Shown here: one piece after another, positions 7,084 to 15,063 of the stretch
Numbering within the stretch: the stretch's first letter is position 1
Layout: every line of letters begins with the position of its first letter
From: Candidatus Poseidoniaceae archaeon
GTDB taxonomy: Archaea > Thermoplasmatota > Poseidoniia > Poseidoniales > Poseidoniaceae
Assembly (NCBI GenBank): GCA_943789275.1
Contig: CALSTM010000003.1
Location: forward strand, 60,001 to 92,000
Reading direction: 5' to 3'
Length of the DNA stretch: 32,000 nt
Notes under the pieces: generated by a model
The model's database searches: none
Told to the model about the DNA's origin: nothing
Seen by the model: the letters and a program-made list of their open reading frames with translations, nothing else
Translations under genes and position numbers: made by a program

Positions 7084-7683
7084 TCAGCCTTCGTCTTCGA
7101 TCTTGATTTCTCGTGCACGTTGCATGGCTTCATCGGTTGTGAACCAGAACGTCGGAGTTTCACCTAAATCTTTGTCCCATTGTTGGACTGCTCGAGCGAA
7201 CATTTCTCCTTCCGTGTATGATTCGCACCATTTGAGATACCAGTCTGCTTGCTTAACCATATCTTCATCATCTGGAGAAGTTCTTTTCAGAATTTCAGCC
7301 TGTAGAGCAAACGTCATGACCCATACTGGAGCAAGTGCGTATGTGGCGTATGGGTTTCTTTCCATGTCAACGCTGCGCCATTCTGTCCACAGTGAAAACA
7401 CCTGGTCGTAAAGAAAACCAACGGCAAGGACGCCGAACATAACGGAAAAGAAAATCGCTATGAGGGCTATGTATGTGCTTGAAATAGGGCCAAATTCTAC
7501 TGGAAAACAGACGCCTGAGTTGCATGAAGATGTAAATCGCCAATCGATCAACGGCCAAACAAGGAGCGTTATTGTGGTCCCCCAAAGAATCAAACTGACG
7601 ACTGCTTGTGACTGCTGCATACGCCAGTATTGACGCATGACCCACTTGCGAAGGAAGGATTTGTTGTCAGGTGTTTCGGACAT
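7084..7683 (-). CDS. Hypothetical integral membrane protein (about 3 TM helices)
   Basis: Long ORF. Hydrophobic helices AVVSLILWGTTITLLVWPLI, YIALIAIFFSVMFGVLAVGFLY and YALAPVWVMTFALQA, followed by an acidic soluble C-terminus. The track starts at a GTG (7725). I prefer the ATG at 7683 (MSETPDNK). No family recognised. Confidence 0.55.
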   Translation of the reverse strand: MSETPDNKSFLRKWVMRQYWRMQQSQAVVSLILWGTTITLLVWPLIDWRFTSSCNSGVCFPVEFGPISSTYIALIAIFFSVMFGVLAVGFLYDQVFSLWTEWRSVDMERNPYATYALAPVWVMTFALQAEILKRTSPDDEDMVKQADWYLKWCESYTEGEMFARAVQQWDKDLGETPTFWFTTDEAMQRAREIKIEDEG

Positions 7684-7828
7684 CGTATCATATGTCTCCA
7701 GAGGCCGCCCCCTCAAGAACTCCACCTACAATATGGACTGATTCTTCGAATTGGGAGGGGCTGAATCGTGCTGCAATCCATGCATCTATGTTTGAAAGGT
7801 TCTTGTGTGAATTGGTAATGCATTTGAC

Positions 7829-8506
7829 ATGGGCGTCGCAGTAGTAACGGGAGCAAACAGAGGATTAGGTGCAGAATGGGTCAGTCAACTCCTGGAAGAG
7901 GGTTGGCAAGTGTACGCCGGTTATCGGAATGAACTTGGGCGCTTAGCCACCTTTACTAATGAAAAACTTACAACGCATGTGCTGGATGTACAATCCAATG
8001 AATCCGTTGAATTATTCGCTCACAACGCTCCTCAAAAGATTGACCTCCTCATCAACAATGCCGGAGTAGCCGATGGGCGTTGGAGGAACTTGGCTGAAAT
8101 CGACGATAAGTGGGCTTTAGAAGTCATCGACATTAACGCACTGGGGCCGGTACGGGTTGTCAAATCATTGTATGGGAAAATGCAGCATGACTCACTAACC
8201 AACATCGCGATGATCAGTAGCCTCATGGCCTCAATCGATGATTGCCATATGGGGCGTTCATATGCATACAGAGCAAGTAAAACTGCACTTAATATGTTCA
8301 CCGTTTCCATGAAAAAGGAAGCAGTTGAGGACAACATTGCCTTCGTCATTCTCCATCCAGGGTGGGTAAAAACAGACATGGGCGGCGATAGAGCACCTGT
8401 CGAAATTCCAGATAGTGTTTCCGGAATGCGTCGCGTATTGGCATCCCGTACACTGGATAACACGGGTGAATTTGTTCAATACGATGGTCAGATTCTACCT
8501 TGGTGA
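7829..8506 (+). CDS. Short-chain dehydrogenase/reductase (SDR) family oxidoreductase
   Basis: VVTGANRGLG (TGxxxGxG), LINNAGV (NNAG), the catalytic YRASKTAL (YxxxK), and HPGWVKTDM. Confidence 0.85.
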   Translation: MGVAVVTGANRGLGAEWVSQLLEEGWQVYAGYRNELGRLATFTNEKLTTHVLDVQSNESVELFAHNAPQKIDLLINNAGVADGRWRNLAEIDDKWALEVIDINALGPVRVVKSLYGKMQHDSLTNIAMISSLMASIDDCHMGRSYAYRASKTALNMFTVSMKKEAVEDNIAFVILHPGWVKTDMGGDRAPVEIPDSVSGMRRVLASRTLDNTGEFVQYDGQILPW

Positions 8507-8548
8507 AGATTTGGTTAGGGTTATGTCCAAGTGTGAAGTGCCAAAGGC

Positions 8549-8947
8549 ATGGCAGAGGATTCTCCGAAGTTCACCATGGTGAAGTCGCAAGAAATTGGTG
8601 ATGTTCCGGCGGACCTATCCGAAAAGTCGCAAGGCCTTTTGAACACGCTTTCGATGTTGTGTTCGTTTCATAGTTCAGGAGATTTGGCGAGTTTTCTCCA
8701 TTCTGAAATGTTCAATGGTTTAACCCGTCAAGGAGAAGTCTGGATTGGTTTTGAAATAGGGCTATATGTGGACCATACTAAGACTTTTGACGTATTTCCC
8801 TCACAAAAAGAGCTTGTTTTCGCTGATCATTCGGCAACTGGTGCGTTTTCAGAAAACCTCTACCGTTGTACTGACGAAGAAAAAACCGCAGAACAACTCG
8901 AGCGGTGGTTTTCGTTGGTCCATTCTCCTGATGCCCGATTTAAATAA
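8549..8947 (+). CDS. Hypothetical protein (132 aa)
   Basis: ORF fills the gap between neighbouring genes and has protein-like composition. No motif recognised. Confidence 0.45.
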   Translation: MAEDSPKFTMVKSQEIGDVPADLSEKSQGLLNTLSMLCSFHSSGDLASFLHSEMFNGLTRQGEVWIGFEIGLYVDHTKTFDVFPSQKELVFADHSATGAFSENLYRCTDEEKTAEQLERWFSLVHSPDARFK

Positions 8948-9757
8948 TCAGAAAAACAGGGAACAGCACGTCAAAGAACCGTCTGCTTCACGGATTTCGC
9001 TCATGTCAAGAACCACAGGCTCAAGCCCAAGGTCAACAATCGCCTGCAATACATGAGGGTATCCTTCAGCGAGCAACACTTTGCCGTTCGGAAGGCCGAT
9101 GGTATTGCAGCCGTAGACTTCCTCTGCTGGCATCCATAACACTTCACAACCCGCTGGTAATTCGCCGAAAGCATCTTTCGGAAGGAATCCTTCTGGAGCG
9201 AGGATCACCGAGTCGGTTGGTGTTGAACTGATACTGGTGAGATGCAGTGCATGCTCTGGAATATCAATGACTCGAAGTTCGTGGCCTAAGTGGGTCAGCA
9301 AGTCGCGCAACTCTTCGATTCCTGCATCGTTTGTACGGGATGACCGTCCAACAAAGAAAAGGTCGCCAAGGCGTAAAATGTCCCCTCCATCCATGCGTGC
9401 ATCCCCGTGCATTCTGCAAATTTTCGTACCGGATAGTTGTCGGGTAATGAATTCTGCAATCGGCGGTTGTTCATTGACACGTGAGGGGTGTCCGGGAACT
9501 GGAAGAAGGACATGGCCGTCGATGACGACTGCTTGATCTTCAACGAATGTGCAGTCTGGATGGTTTGCATCCGAAGGGAGGATGGTTACTTCAATTCCTT
9601 CATCGAGCATTGCTTGCCTGTAGGCTCTATGTTGCTTCTTTGCGAGCTCGATATCGGTCGGACCGGTTCCAAAGAAGTTGGATAAAGCACGGTCAAACGT
9701 GATAGGAATTGCTCGGGTAAGCGCCCGGCTTTTCTGGTCCAACCGAACCGTTGCCAT
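8948..9757 (-). CDS. Dimethylarginine dimethylaminohydrolase / amidinotransferase-superfamily (guanidino-group modifying) enzyme
   Basis: 269 aa. PDCTFVEDQAVV, ARMDGGDILRLGDLFFVGRSSRTN, and a C-terminal GSLTCCSLFF carrying the catalytic Cys typical of DDAH/arginine-deiminase-fold enzymes. Confidence 0.75.
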   Translation of the reverse strand: MATVRLDQKSRALTRAIPITFDRALSNFFGTGPTDIELAKKQHRAYRQAMLDEGIEVTILPSDANHPDCTFVEDQAVVIDGHVLLPVPGHPSRVNEQPPIAEFITRQLSGTKICRMHGDARMDGGDILRLGDLFFVGRSSRTNDAGIEELRDLLTHLGHELRVIDIPEHALHLTSISSTPTDSVILAPEGFLPKDAFGELPAGCEVLWMPAEEVYGCNTIGLPNGKVLLAEGYPHVLQAIVDLGLEPVVLDMSEIREADGSLTCCSLFF

Positions 9758-9879
9758 GTGTAAATCGGCCGCTCAACCGCACTTAACGCTTCGCCCTTTA
9801 TTGGAAGCGGGTTTCCGGAGTACGGAAGTTTGGTTGCGGGAACCGTTGGATTCAACAACACCAGCGGGTTGGGCAGTTC

Positions 9880-11475
9880 ATGCACTCGGGCTATTCGCGG
9901 GCAACATTGCTGATTCTGTTGATTTTTTCTGCAACCTTTTCCGGTTGTTTTGGAGAAAACGAAAATCGAATGCCTGGAGCATCAGACCTTGTCGTTGAAG
10001 AGGCCGATGCGCTCCAAGGAGGGGCGTGGCAATCCATCACGCTACGAGCTGAAGTTGACCTCTCTGTCTTCATCCCTTACTTCATTCAAGATATGGGGTC
10101 AATGAGGGCGCAAAATGGAACGGTGTTCGATATTCAGGCTGGACAATCCCAAACAGTCAATATTTTGTTCCCCCCCCGTAATCCTGACATCGTACTGCTC
10201 ATTGGAGAGTACGCTCGTTCGGACTGGCCAATACGAGCGGCTGACGAATCCTGGATGGATTGGATGCTCGACGATTCAAAGGGTTCCAGCATAACAATCG
10301 TTCCGAATGAAGATGATGGTGGGATGTGGCCATGGGTCGTTCCAGGGGTTTCCTCCGGTGGTGATGTTTCAGTATTGCAATTGTCAACAGAACGCCCACA
10401 GCGTGCAGACCTTACCGAGGAAAACGGTGTAGGTGCGAGCGGTGGATGGTTGAATGGTAGAGACGTGTACGAATGGGTTGATTTCATCACGGATGAAACC
10501 CCAGATCCTCTCGACTTAGCTGATGGTGCGGTTGGTTATCTTGACCGATGGATTGGTAACGGAAACCCCGCCTATGAAGACGCTATCACGTACTTTGAAG
10601 GAGTTATGATTGGATACGGTCTTGATGTCAAGGTTCACAGATTTCAGTCCGGCACATTGTGGGCTGTGAACATTTGCGGATACAAAACTGGAACCGTCTA
10701 TCCTGACGAATGGTTGGTTTTTGGTGCTCACTTTGACATTGCTCCAATCGCAACACCGACCTCTTTCGTACCGGGCCTTGAGCAGACAGGATATGGGACA
10801 AGAACGGGTGCATACGACAACTCTGCTGGTACATCCATGGTGCTTACCACAGCGAGTGTTTTGGCTGATTTCGATGCACGTAGAACAATGGTGTTTTGCT
10901 TGTGGTCCTCTGAAGAAGAAGGGTTGTGGGGTTCAAGCGCATTTGCAGGCGACCTACCTGATGGAGTCACCGTCAGCAATTACCTCAATCTCGATATGGC
11001 TGGAATAAATTATCCCGGTGATTTCGCACTTTCAGTGTACCTTGGTCCAGACGGAACTGGAGATGTCATCGATCAATCGGGCATGTACCACCTTGCAGAA
11101 TGGATTGGCGCTGATGCTTTTGACCTCTCATACCAAATGGAGCGGGGTCGGGCTGAATGGGCTGCTGGAGGCGAGGAGCCACTTTGGCAGAACAATTACC
11201 AGGATGTTGTTGCGATTTACGAAAGTCCAACTGCTCGAAGTGACCATCAGCCTTTCCAAGACATAGGCGTCGCTACACTTGGATGGAACGGTGTTGTCGA
11301 TGGATATCCTTGTTACCACAAAATCTGTGATAAGTTGCCTGAAATGGAAGAATACATGACTACTGAGAATGCAACGGGTGAAGCGAACCTTGTTCACTCG
11401 TGGGACATCGTAACATGGTGGGCCGTATACGCCTTCTTGCACATGGACCAAACGCCAGTTCCGAATGAATTGTGA
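9880..11475 (+). CDS. Secreted M28-family metallopeptidase (aminopeptidase-like), paralog 1
   Basis: Signal with lipobox-like LLILLIFSATFSGCFGEN. AHFDIAP, GAYDNSAGTSMVL, CLWSSEEEGLWGS, LNLDMAG and SDHQPF are the Zn-ligand and catalytic blocks of M28 peptidases. Collinear similarity to 15064..16830. Confidence 0.8.
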   Translation: MHSGYSRATLLILLIFSATFSGCFGENENRMPGASDLVVEEADALQGGAWQSITLRAEVDLSVFIPYFIQDMGSMRAQNGTVFDIQAGQSQTVNILFPPRNPDIVLLIGEYARSDWPIRAADESWMDWMLDDSKGSSITIVPNEDDGGMWPWVVPGVSSGGDVSVLQLSTERPQRADLTEENGVGASGGWLNGRDVYEWVDFITDETPDPLDLADGAVGYLDRWIGNGNPAYEDAITYFEGVMIGYGLDVKVHRFQSGTLWAVNICGYKTGTVYPDEWLVFGAHFDIAPIATPTSFVPGLEQTGYGTRTGAYDNSAGTSMVLTTASVLADFDARRTMVFCLWSSEEEGLWGSSAFAGDLPDGVTVSNYLNLDMAGINYPGDFALSVYLGPDGTGDVIDQSGMYHLAEWIGADAFDLSYQMERGRAEWAAGGEEPLWQNNYQDVVAIYESPTARSDHQPFQDIGVATLGWNGVVDGYPCYHKICDKLPEMEEYMTTENATGEANLVHSWDIVTWWAVYAFLHMDQTPVPNEL

Positions 11476-11477
11476 GT

Positions 11478-12152
11478 TCAGTCGGCTTCTGCTAGGAGTG
11501 TTCGAACATCAGCAAGGACAAGGTCAGTAATCCAATCGTTGTCCCCCCACCAAATTCTCTGCATGCCGTTTGAATCGACCAGAACCGTCCCGGTCGAATG
11601 GTTAACGCTGTAAGCGTCGGGATGATGGCGCGCAGTTGTAGAATTATTTCCGGTCTGCTCCAACTCCTGTTCTTCAATGGAAAGTCCTACGGCGAAGTTT
11701 TTCCAAACCGATTGAATCGTTTGGAATTGTGGAGCGTTCTCTTCGGTTGAATTGGCTGTAACATGGGGCCAAGAGACGTTTCGATAATACTGCCATTCAA
11801 ACAGAGCGGGTACGTCGTCTCTCCATGGGTCAACAGTGATGGTCAAAAACTGGGTATTGTTGTGTTCATCGGGTGAAAGTTGGGAATGAACCCAGCGTAA
11901 ATTCTCGGTAACAATTGGACAAATATCAATGCAGTTGGTGAATAAAAAAGCAATGACAACGACTTTGTCTTCGGTCTCAATGGCAAAATTCCATACTTCA
12001 CCATCTCCATTCACTAACGTGAAATCTTCAACCAATACATTTGGTGTAATATCTTCTCCATGGAAATTTGAAACATCACTTCCTGTTCCCGTACATCCAG
12101 CCATGAGAAGTATGCTCGCAATCAATGGTGCTAATACTTGTTTCGAATTCAA
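11478..12152 (-). CDS. SCO1/SenC-family thioredoxin-fold copper chaperone, lipobox-type signal
   Basis: MNSKQVLAPLIASILLMAGCTG signal. VVVIAFLFTNCIDICPIV (CxxxC). The distal conserved His lies in VNHSTGTVLVDSNG. Starts 9 nt after the stop of the upstream LVIVD gene, so it is probably co-transcribed. Confidence 0.75.
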   Translation of the reverse strand: MNSKQVLAPLIASILLMAGCTGTGSDVSNFHGEDITPNVLVEDFTLVNGDGEVWNFAIETEDKVVVIAFLFTNCIDICPIVTENLRWVHSQLSPDEHNNTQFLTITVDPWRDDVPALFEWQYYRNVSWPHVTANSTEENAPQFQTIQSVWKNFAVGLSIEEQELEQTGNNSTTARHHPDAYSVNHSTGTVLVDSNGMQRIWWGDNDWITDLVLADVRTLLAEAD

Positions 12153-12161
12153 ATTAACACC

Positions 12162-13967
12162 TCAAATAGGTTGGCCAAGGTAAGCAATGTCGGTCTCGAG
12201 TTGAACAATATACAGTCCCGTGGAGATGCACGATGCGTAGGTCAGCCCGTTATGGTGCTCAACGGCCCACAAGAACGGAACCCACCCGAAATCATAGAAA
12301 CTGGAATCAAGAGGCGTTCCATCTTCACCATGGGGTAAATACCATCCAACCGTTGCCTCGAAATGAGTCGCTATACGGTCATCTGGATTCGTTGGAGAGA
12401 CCAATGTTTCAACATCAATAACCCACAATCCTGCATGGTAATGTGAAATGTAGAGGCGCCCGTCCCAGCCACCTCCATGGCTCTGGTCGGTGGATTCATC
12501 GGTCTCAAAATACGCACTATCGAGATTGTGTGGTGAGAAGAGGAGCCATTCCTCGTCGTTCGGGTGGGCTTCACAGTCTGCACCGTAACAGTGCTCGCTT
12601 GCCCATGGTATCTCCCAATCTCGAATCAGTTTTGGTTGGAATTTAAGTTGCCCATCGACCATGGTATAGTCTGTGGTGTCAATAAGGTAGATGATACCGG
12701 TTCCCACATTGGTAGACAAAACTTCAACAGCAGCGGTCACAAGATGGACGGGTTCGTCAGAATATCCGACGTGAGAAAGATCAACCATGTTCGGGAACGG
12801 TTCAGCATAATGGATGTAAGACACACGGCCTCCGTTTTCATTGCCGTTGGTTCCACTGTCGGGTTTTCCATCTTCATCTAAATCAAGGAATTCCATCCAC
12901 TGGCCAACTTCTTCGGCCCTCCAACGACATTGGAGAGGGTTGCCAACGCCAGCCTTGCAAAGGGTTGCGTGAAGGGTGTATTCTTCGGGAGAATTCACCG
13001 GGTGAGGTACATCGGTGACATCTGCAATTCGTAGGCCTGCTTCCCAATAGCTTCCATAAATGAACGTGTGACCGTAACGTGGGTCGTTTGGATCTTCTCC
13101 TGGCCATAATTGCACAGTCATATCATGAATGTAAATCCAACCTCCGTTGGTTGCTTCCCAAGCAACTTCGTATTCTCCAACTTTAATAATCGTATGACCA
13201 ATACCCGATGCTGGAACGCCTGGAAGGTTTCGAGATGCAGAACCATCGAGATTGAGATGGGCAATGGTTACTCCACCACATGCCTCACCAATAGCGTCGT
13301 TGCATTGCTCATAATCCGGGTTGGCGATAAACACATACCACTCGCCATCAATCATCTGCGTGTATATGTTGTGTGGGCCGCTTGGATGGTCAACATCGTA
13401 CCACGAATCAATCCAAGTTGGGTTTGTTTTGTCAGTTACATCGATGAGGGTGACTGAAACTTGGGCCGGGTCACTCCACTGGCCTACATTAGGGTCTGCA
13501 TTTCCGGGGTCAATGAGTTGATTTTGCTGTAAGATGTACTCACGGCCATTGTATTCGAGGTATTTTACATCGAGCACTTGCGTGTTCGGGTCGTTGTAGA
13601 CTCCAGTCACCGTCGTGTTGTTTGGGTCGGTGACGTCGACGATGTGCATATCGTTCCATCCAGCAAGGTATGCGTATGTTTCACCGTCAGGGGTTGTAGC
13701 CACTTGAATTTCGGCATTCCCTGTGGTCGTAAGTGAATTGTAGTCCATCAGTGCCATGTTATCGGTCCCCGCAATGTGTTGCGACGCATTGGAGTGGTCG
13801 TGACCTTCGCCTTGGAAAAGTGGGTCGTCTGAAATTGAGATACGCTCTGGAGAATTATCTGTGGAAATTGAAGAACCAAACGTCAACAACGATGCTGATC
13901 CAAGAAGAAGAACGATGAAAACGCCGAGTCCGACCTCTTTCATCCCGATGCCATTGCCCTCTGCCAT
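12162..13967 (-). CDS. Secreted LVIVD-repeat beta-propeller protein
   Basis: Repeated LVIVD-type strands: MHIVDVTDPNN, VTLIDVTDKTNP, LRIADVTDVPHP, IIYLIDTTD and LWVIDVETLVSP. N-terminal TM/signal VGLGVFIVLLLGSASLLTF. The start could be the ATG at 13943 instead. Confidence 0.75.
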   Translation of the reverse strand: MAEGNGIGMKEVGLGVFIVLLLGSASLLTFGSSISTDNSPERISISDDPLFQGEGHDHSNASQHIAGTDNMALMDYNSLTTTGNAEIQVATTPDGETYAYLAGWNDMHIVDVTDPNNTTVTGVYNDPNTQVLDVKYLEYNGREYILQQNQLIDPGNADPNVGQWSDPAQVSVTLIDVTDKTNPTWIDSWYDVDHPSGPHNIYTQMIDGEWYVFIANPDYEQCNDAIGEACGGVTIAHLNLDGSASRNLPGVPASGIGHTIIKVGEYEVAWEATNGGWIYIHDMTVQLWPGEDPNDPRYGHTFIYGSYWEAGLRIADVTDVPHPVNSPEEYTLHATLCKAGVGNPLQCRWRAEEVGQWMEFLDLDEDGKPDSGTNGNENGGRVSYIHYAEPFPNMVDLSHVGYSDEPVHLVTAAVEVLSTNVGTGIIYLIDTTDYTMVDGQLKFQPKLIRDWEIPWASEHCYGADCEAHPNDEEWLLFSPHNLDSAYFETDESTDQSHGGGWDGRLYISHYHAGLWVIDVETLVSPTNPDDRIATHFEATVGWYLPHGEDGTPLDSSFYDFGWVPFLWAVEHHNGLTYASCISTGLYIVQLETDIAYLGQPI

Positions 13968-14024
13968 GGTTAGGGCGATACACTACTCCGTTTTGTCTTT
14001 ATGTAAGGTTGTGAAGCGACCGAT

Positions 14025-14690
14025 ATGACGCGAGGAGGGTGGTTCAGGTTGCTCATGGCGTTTCTCAGCCTATTGCTCCTCTCGCCGACCGCTGTTGGCC
14101 ATGAACAGGAAACGTTGAACGTTATTATCGTCGATGATGAAGCCCGTCCTGGAAACGTCACTGATTCTGCTTTCGTTGAAGGAAATAACATCGTGTTCCG
14201 AATGCGAGACAACACTGAAAACGTTTCAATGCGTATTTCTATTGACAACAATCAAGATGGTAATTTCTCAAGTCCCGGCGACAATGTTTCCAGTTGGTTG
14301 ACGCGCACTTGTCAGCTTGATGAGAACGGAAGTCTCGTCGATGAGGCCTGTGCAGTATCGTATGAGCGCACGTTCAACACGACATCACAAGGAACGTATC
14401 ATTATCAAGTTGAGCGAAGAATAAATGAGACGCTGGTTGAAACTTGGCAGTACGCCATTACTGTGCACCCTGACGTTCATACCGAGCCAGGACAACCATC
14501 AATCGGAGACTGTTTTGGAGCGGACTGTGATGAAGATGTTTCGGCTGATACGAGTAGTGAATCCGATAATGACACAGAAAATATATTGATTGCTGTCATG
14601 ATCTTCGCTGCTGTCGGTGCCGTCATGCTCATCCTTAGCATCCGTAAAGAGCGGCTTGTGGCTGAATCCGAGTTTTTAGAATCGGAGTAA
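14025..14690 (+). CDS. Hypothetical secreted protein with C-terminal membrane anchor
   Basis: Signal MTRGGWFRLLMAFLSLLLLSPTAVG followed by HEQ. Beta-rich ectodomain, an acidic linker (DEDVSADTSSESDNDTE), then the TM ILIAVMIFAAVGAVMLILSI and RKE. No family recognised. Confidence 0.6.
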   Translation: MTRGGWFRLLMAFLSLLLLSPTAVGHEQETLNVIIVDDEARPGNVTDSAFVEGNNIVFRMRDNTENVSMRISIDNNQDGNFSSPGDNVSSWLTRTCQLDENGSLVDEACAVSYERTFNTTSQGTYHYQVERRINETLVETWQYAITVHPDVHTEPGQPSIGDCFGADCDEDVSADTSSESDNDTENILIAVMIFAAVGAVMLILSIRKERLVAESEFLESE

Positions 14691-14846
14691 CTAACCCTCG
14701 ATTGTTGGACAGCGTTCATCTTCGTCGTCAATGATGATGATGTTGGCCCACAAGTAAGTGGTTCGTACAGGTTTCTTTATCGGCCAATGTTTCTTCATCT
14801 TCGTGATGAAGTTCACATCGAATGAATACGTTTCATCTCTCGTCAT
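14691..14846 (-). CDS. Candidate small protein (51 aa), below the ORF-track size cut-off
   Basis: The reverse complement reads ATG...TAG: MTRDETYSFDVNFITKMKKHWPIKKPVRTTYLWANIIIIDDEDERCPTIEG. A TTGATATA box on the same strand (14875..14882) is centred about 32 nt upstream of the ATG, consistent with a near-leaderless transcript. There is no homology evidence. Confidence 0.3.
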   Translation of the reverse strand: MTRDETYSFDVNFITKMKKHWPIKKPVRTTYLWANIIIIDDEDERCPTIEG

Positions 14847-14874
14847 GTTATCAAGTGACTATTGCCATGCTACC

Positions 14875-14882
14875 TATATCAA
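14875..14882 (-). promoter_or_regulatory. TATA-box-like element (TTGATATA on the minus strand) upstream of the 51-aa ORF
   Basis: The plus strand reads TATATCAA. It is the same octamer as at the tRNA promoter. A second copy of the CCTATATC core (the 8 nt shared by the two sites) lies at 14890..14897. Confidence 0.35.
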
Positions 14883-15063
14883 ACAATGGCCTATATCCTT
14901 TGGGAAAAGATTGTTTATTTCCGTAATGCGGTAAATGTTTTCTTAAATGCGTATAATCACTTCATAAAATCGGTTTTTGGAGTGGTAAAAAAGATATGTT
15001 GTTTTGTTGGTATTAACCGCAGGTATGCGTAGGTTTGAGAAGGGTATGCCCTAAGCCATAGAC

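Noticed and set aside
6756-7163. Minus-strand ORF with HRHRGLNHRH repeats, and the alternative plus-frame ORF 6774..7106 with AVVAVVQ repeats
   Set aside because: Both are frame and strand shadows of the 21-bp tandem repeat. Only the SSRGGGG frame continues the compositional logic of a TPM-protein Gly-rich tail. The minus ORF also overlaps the end of the 7084..7683 gene.
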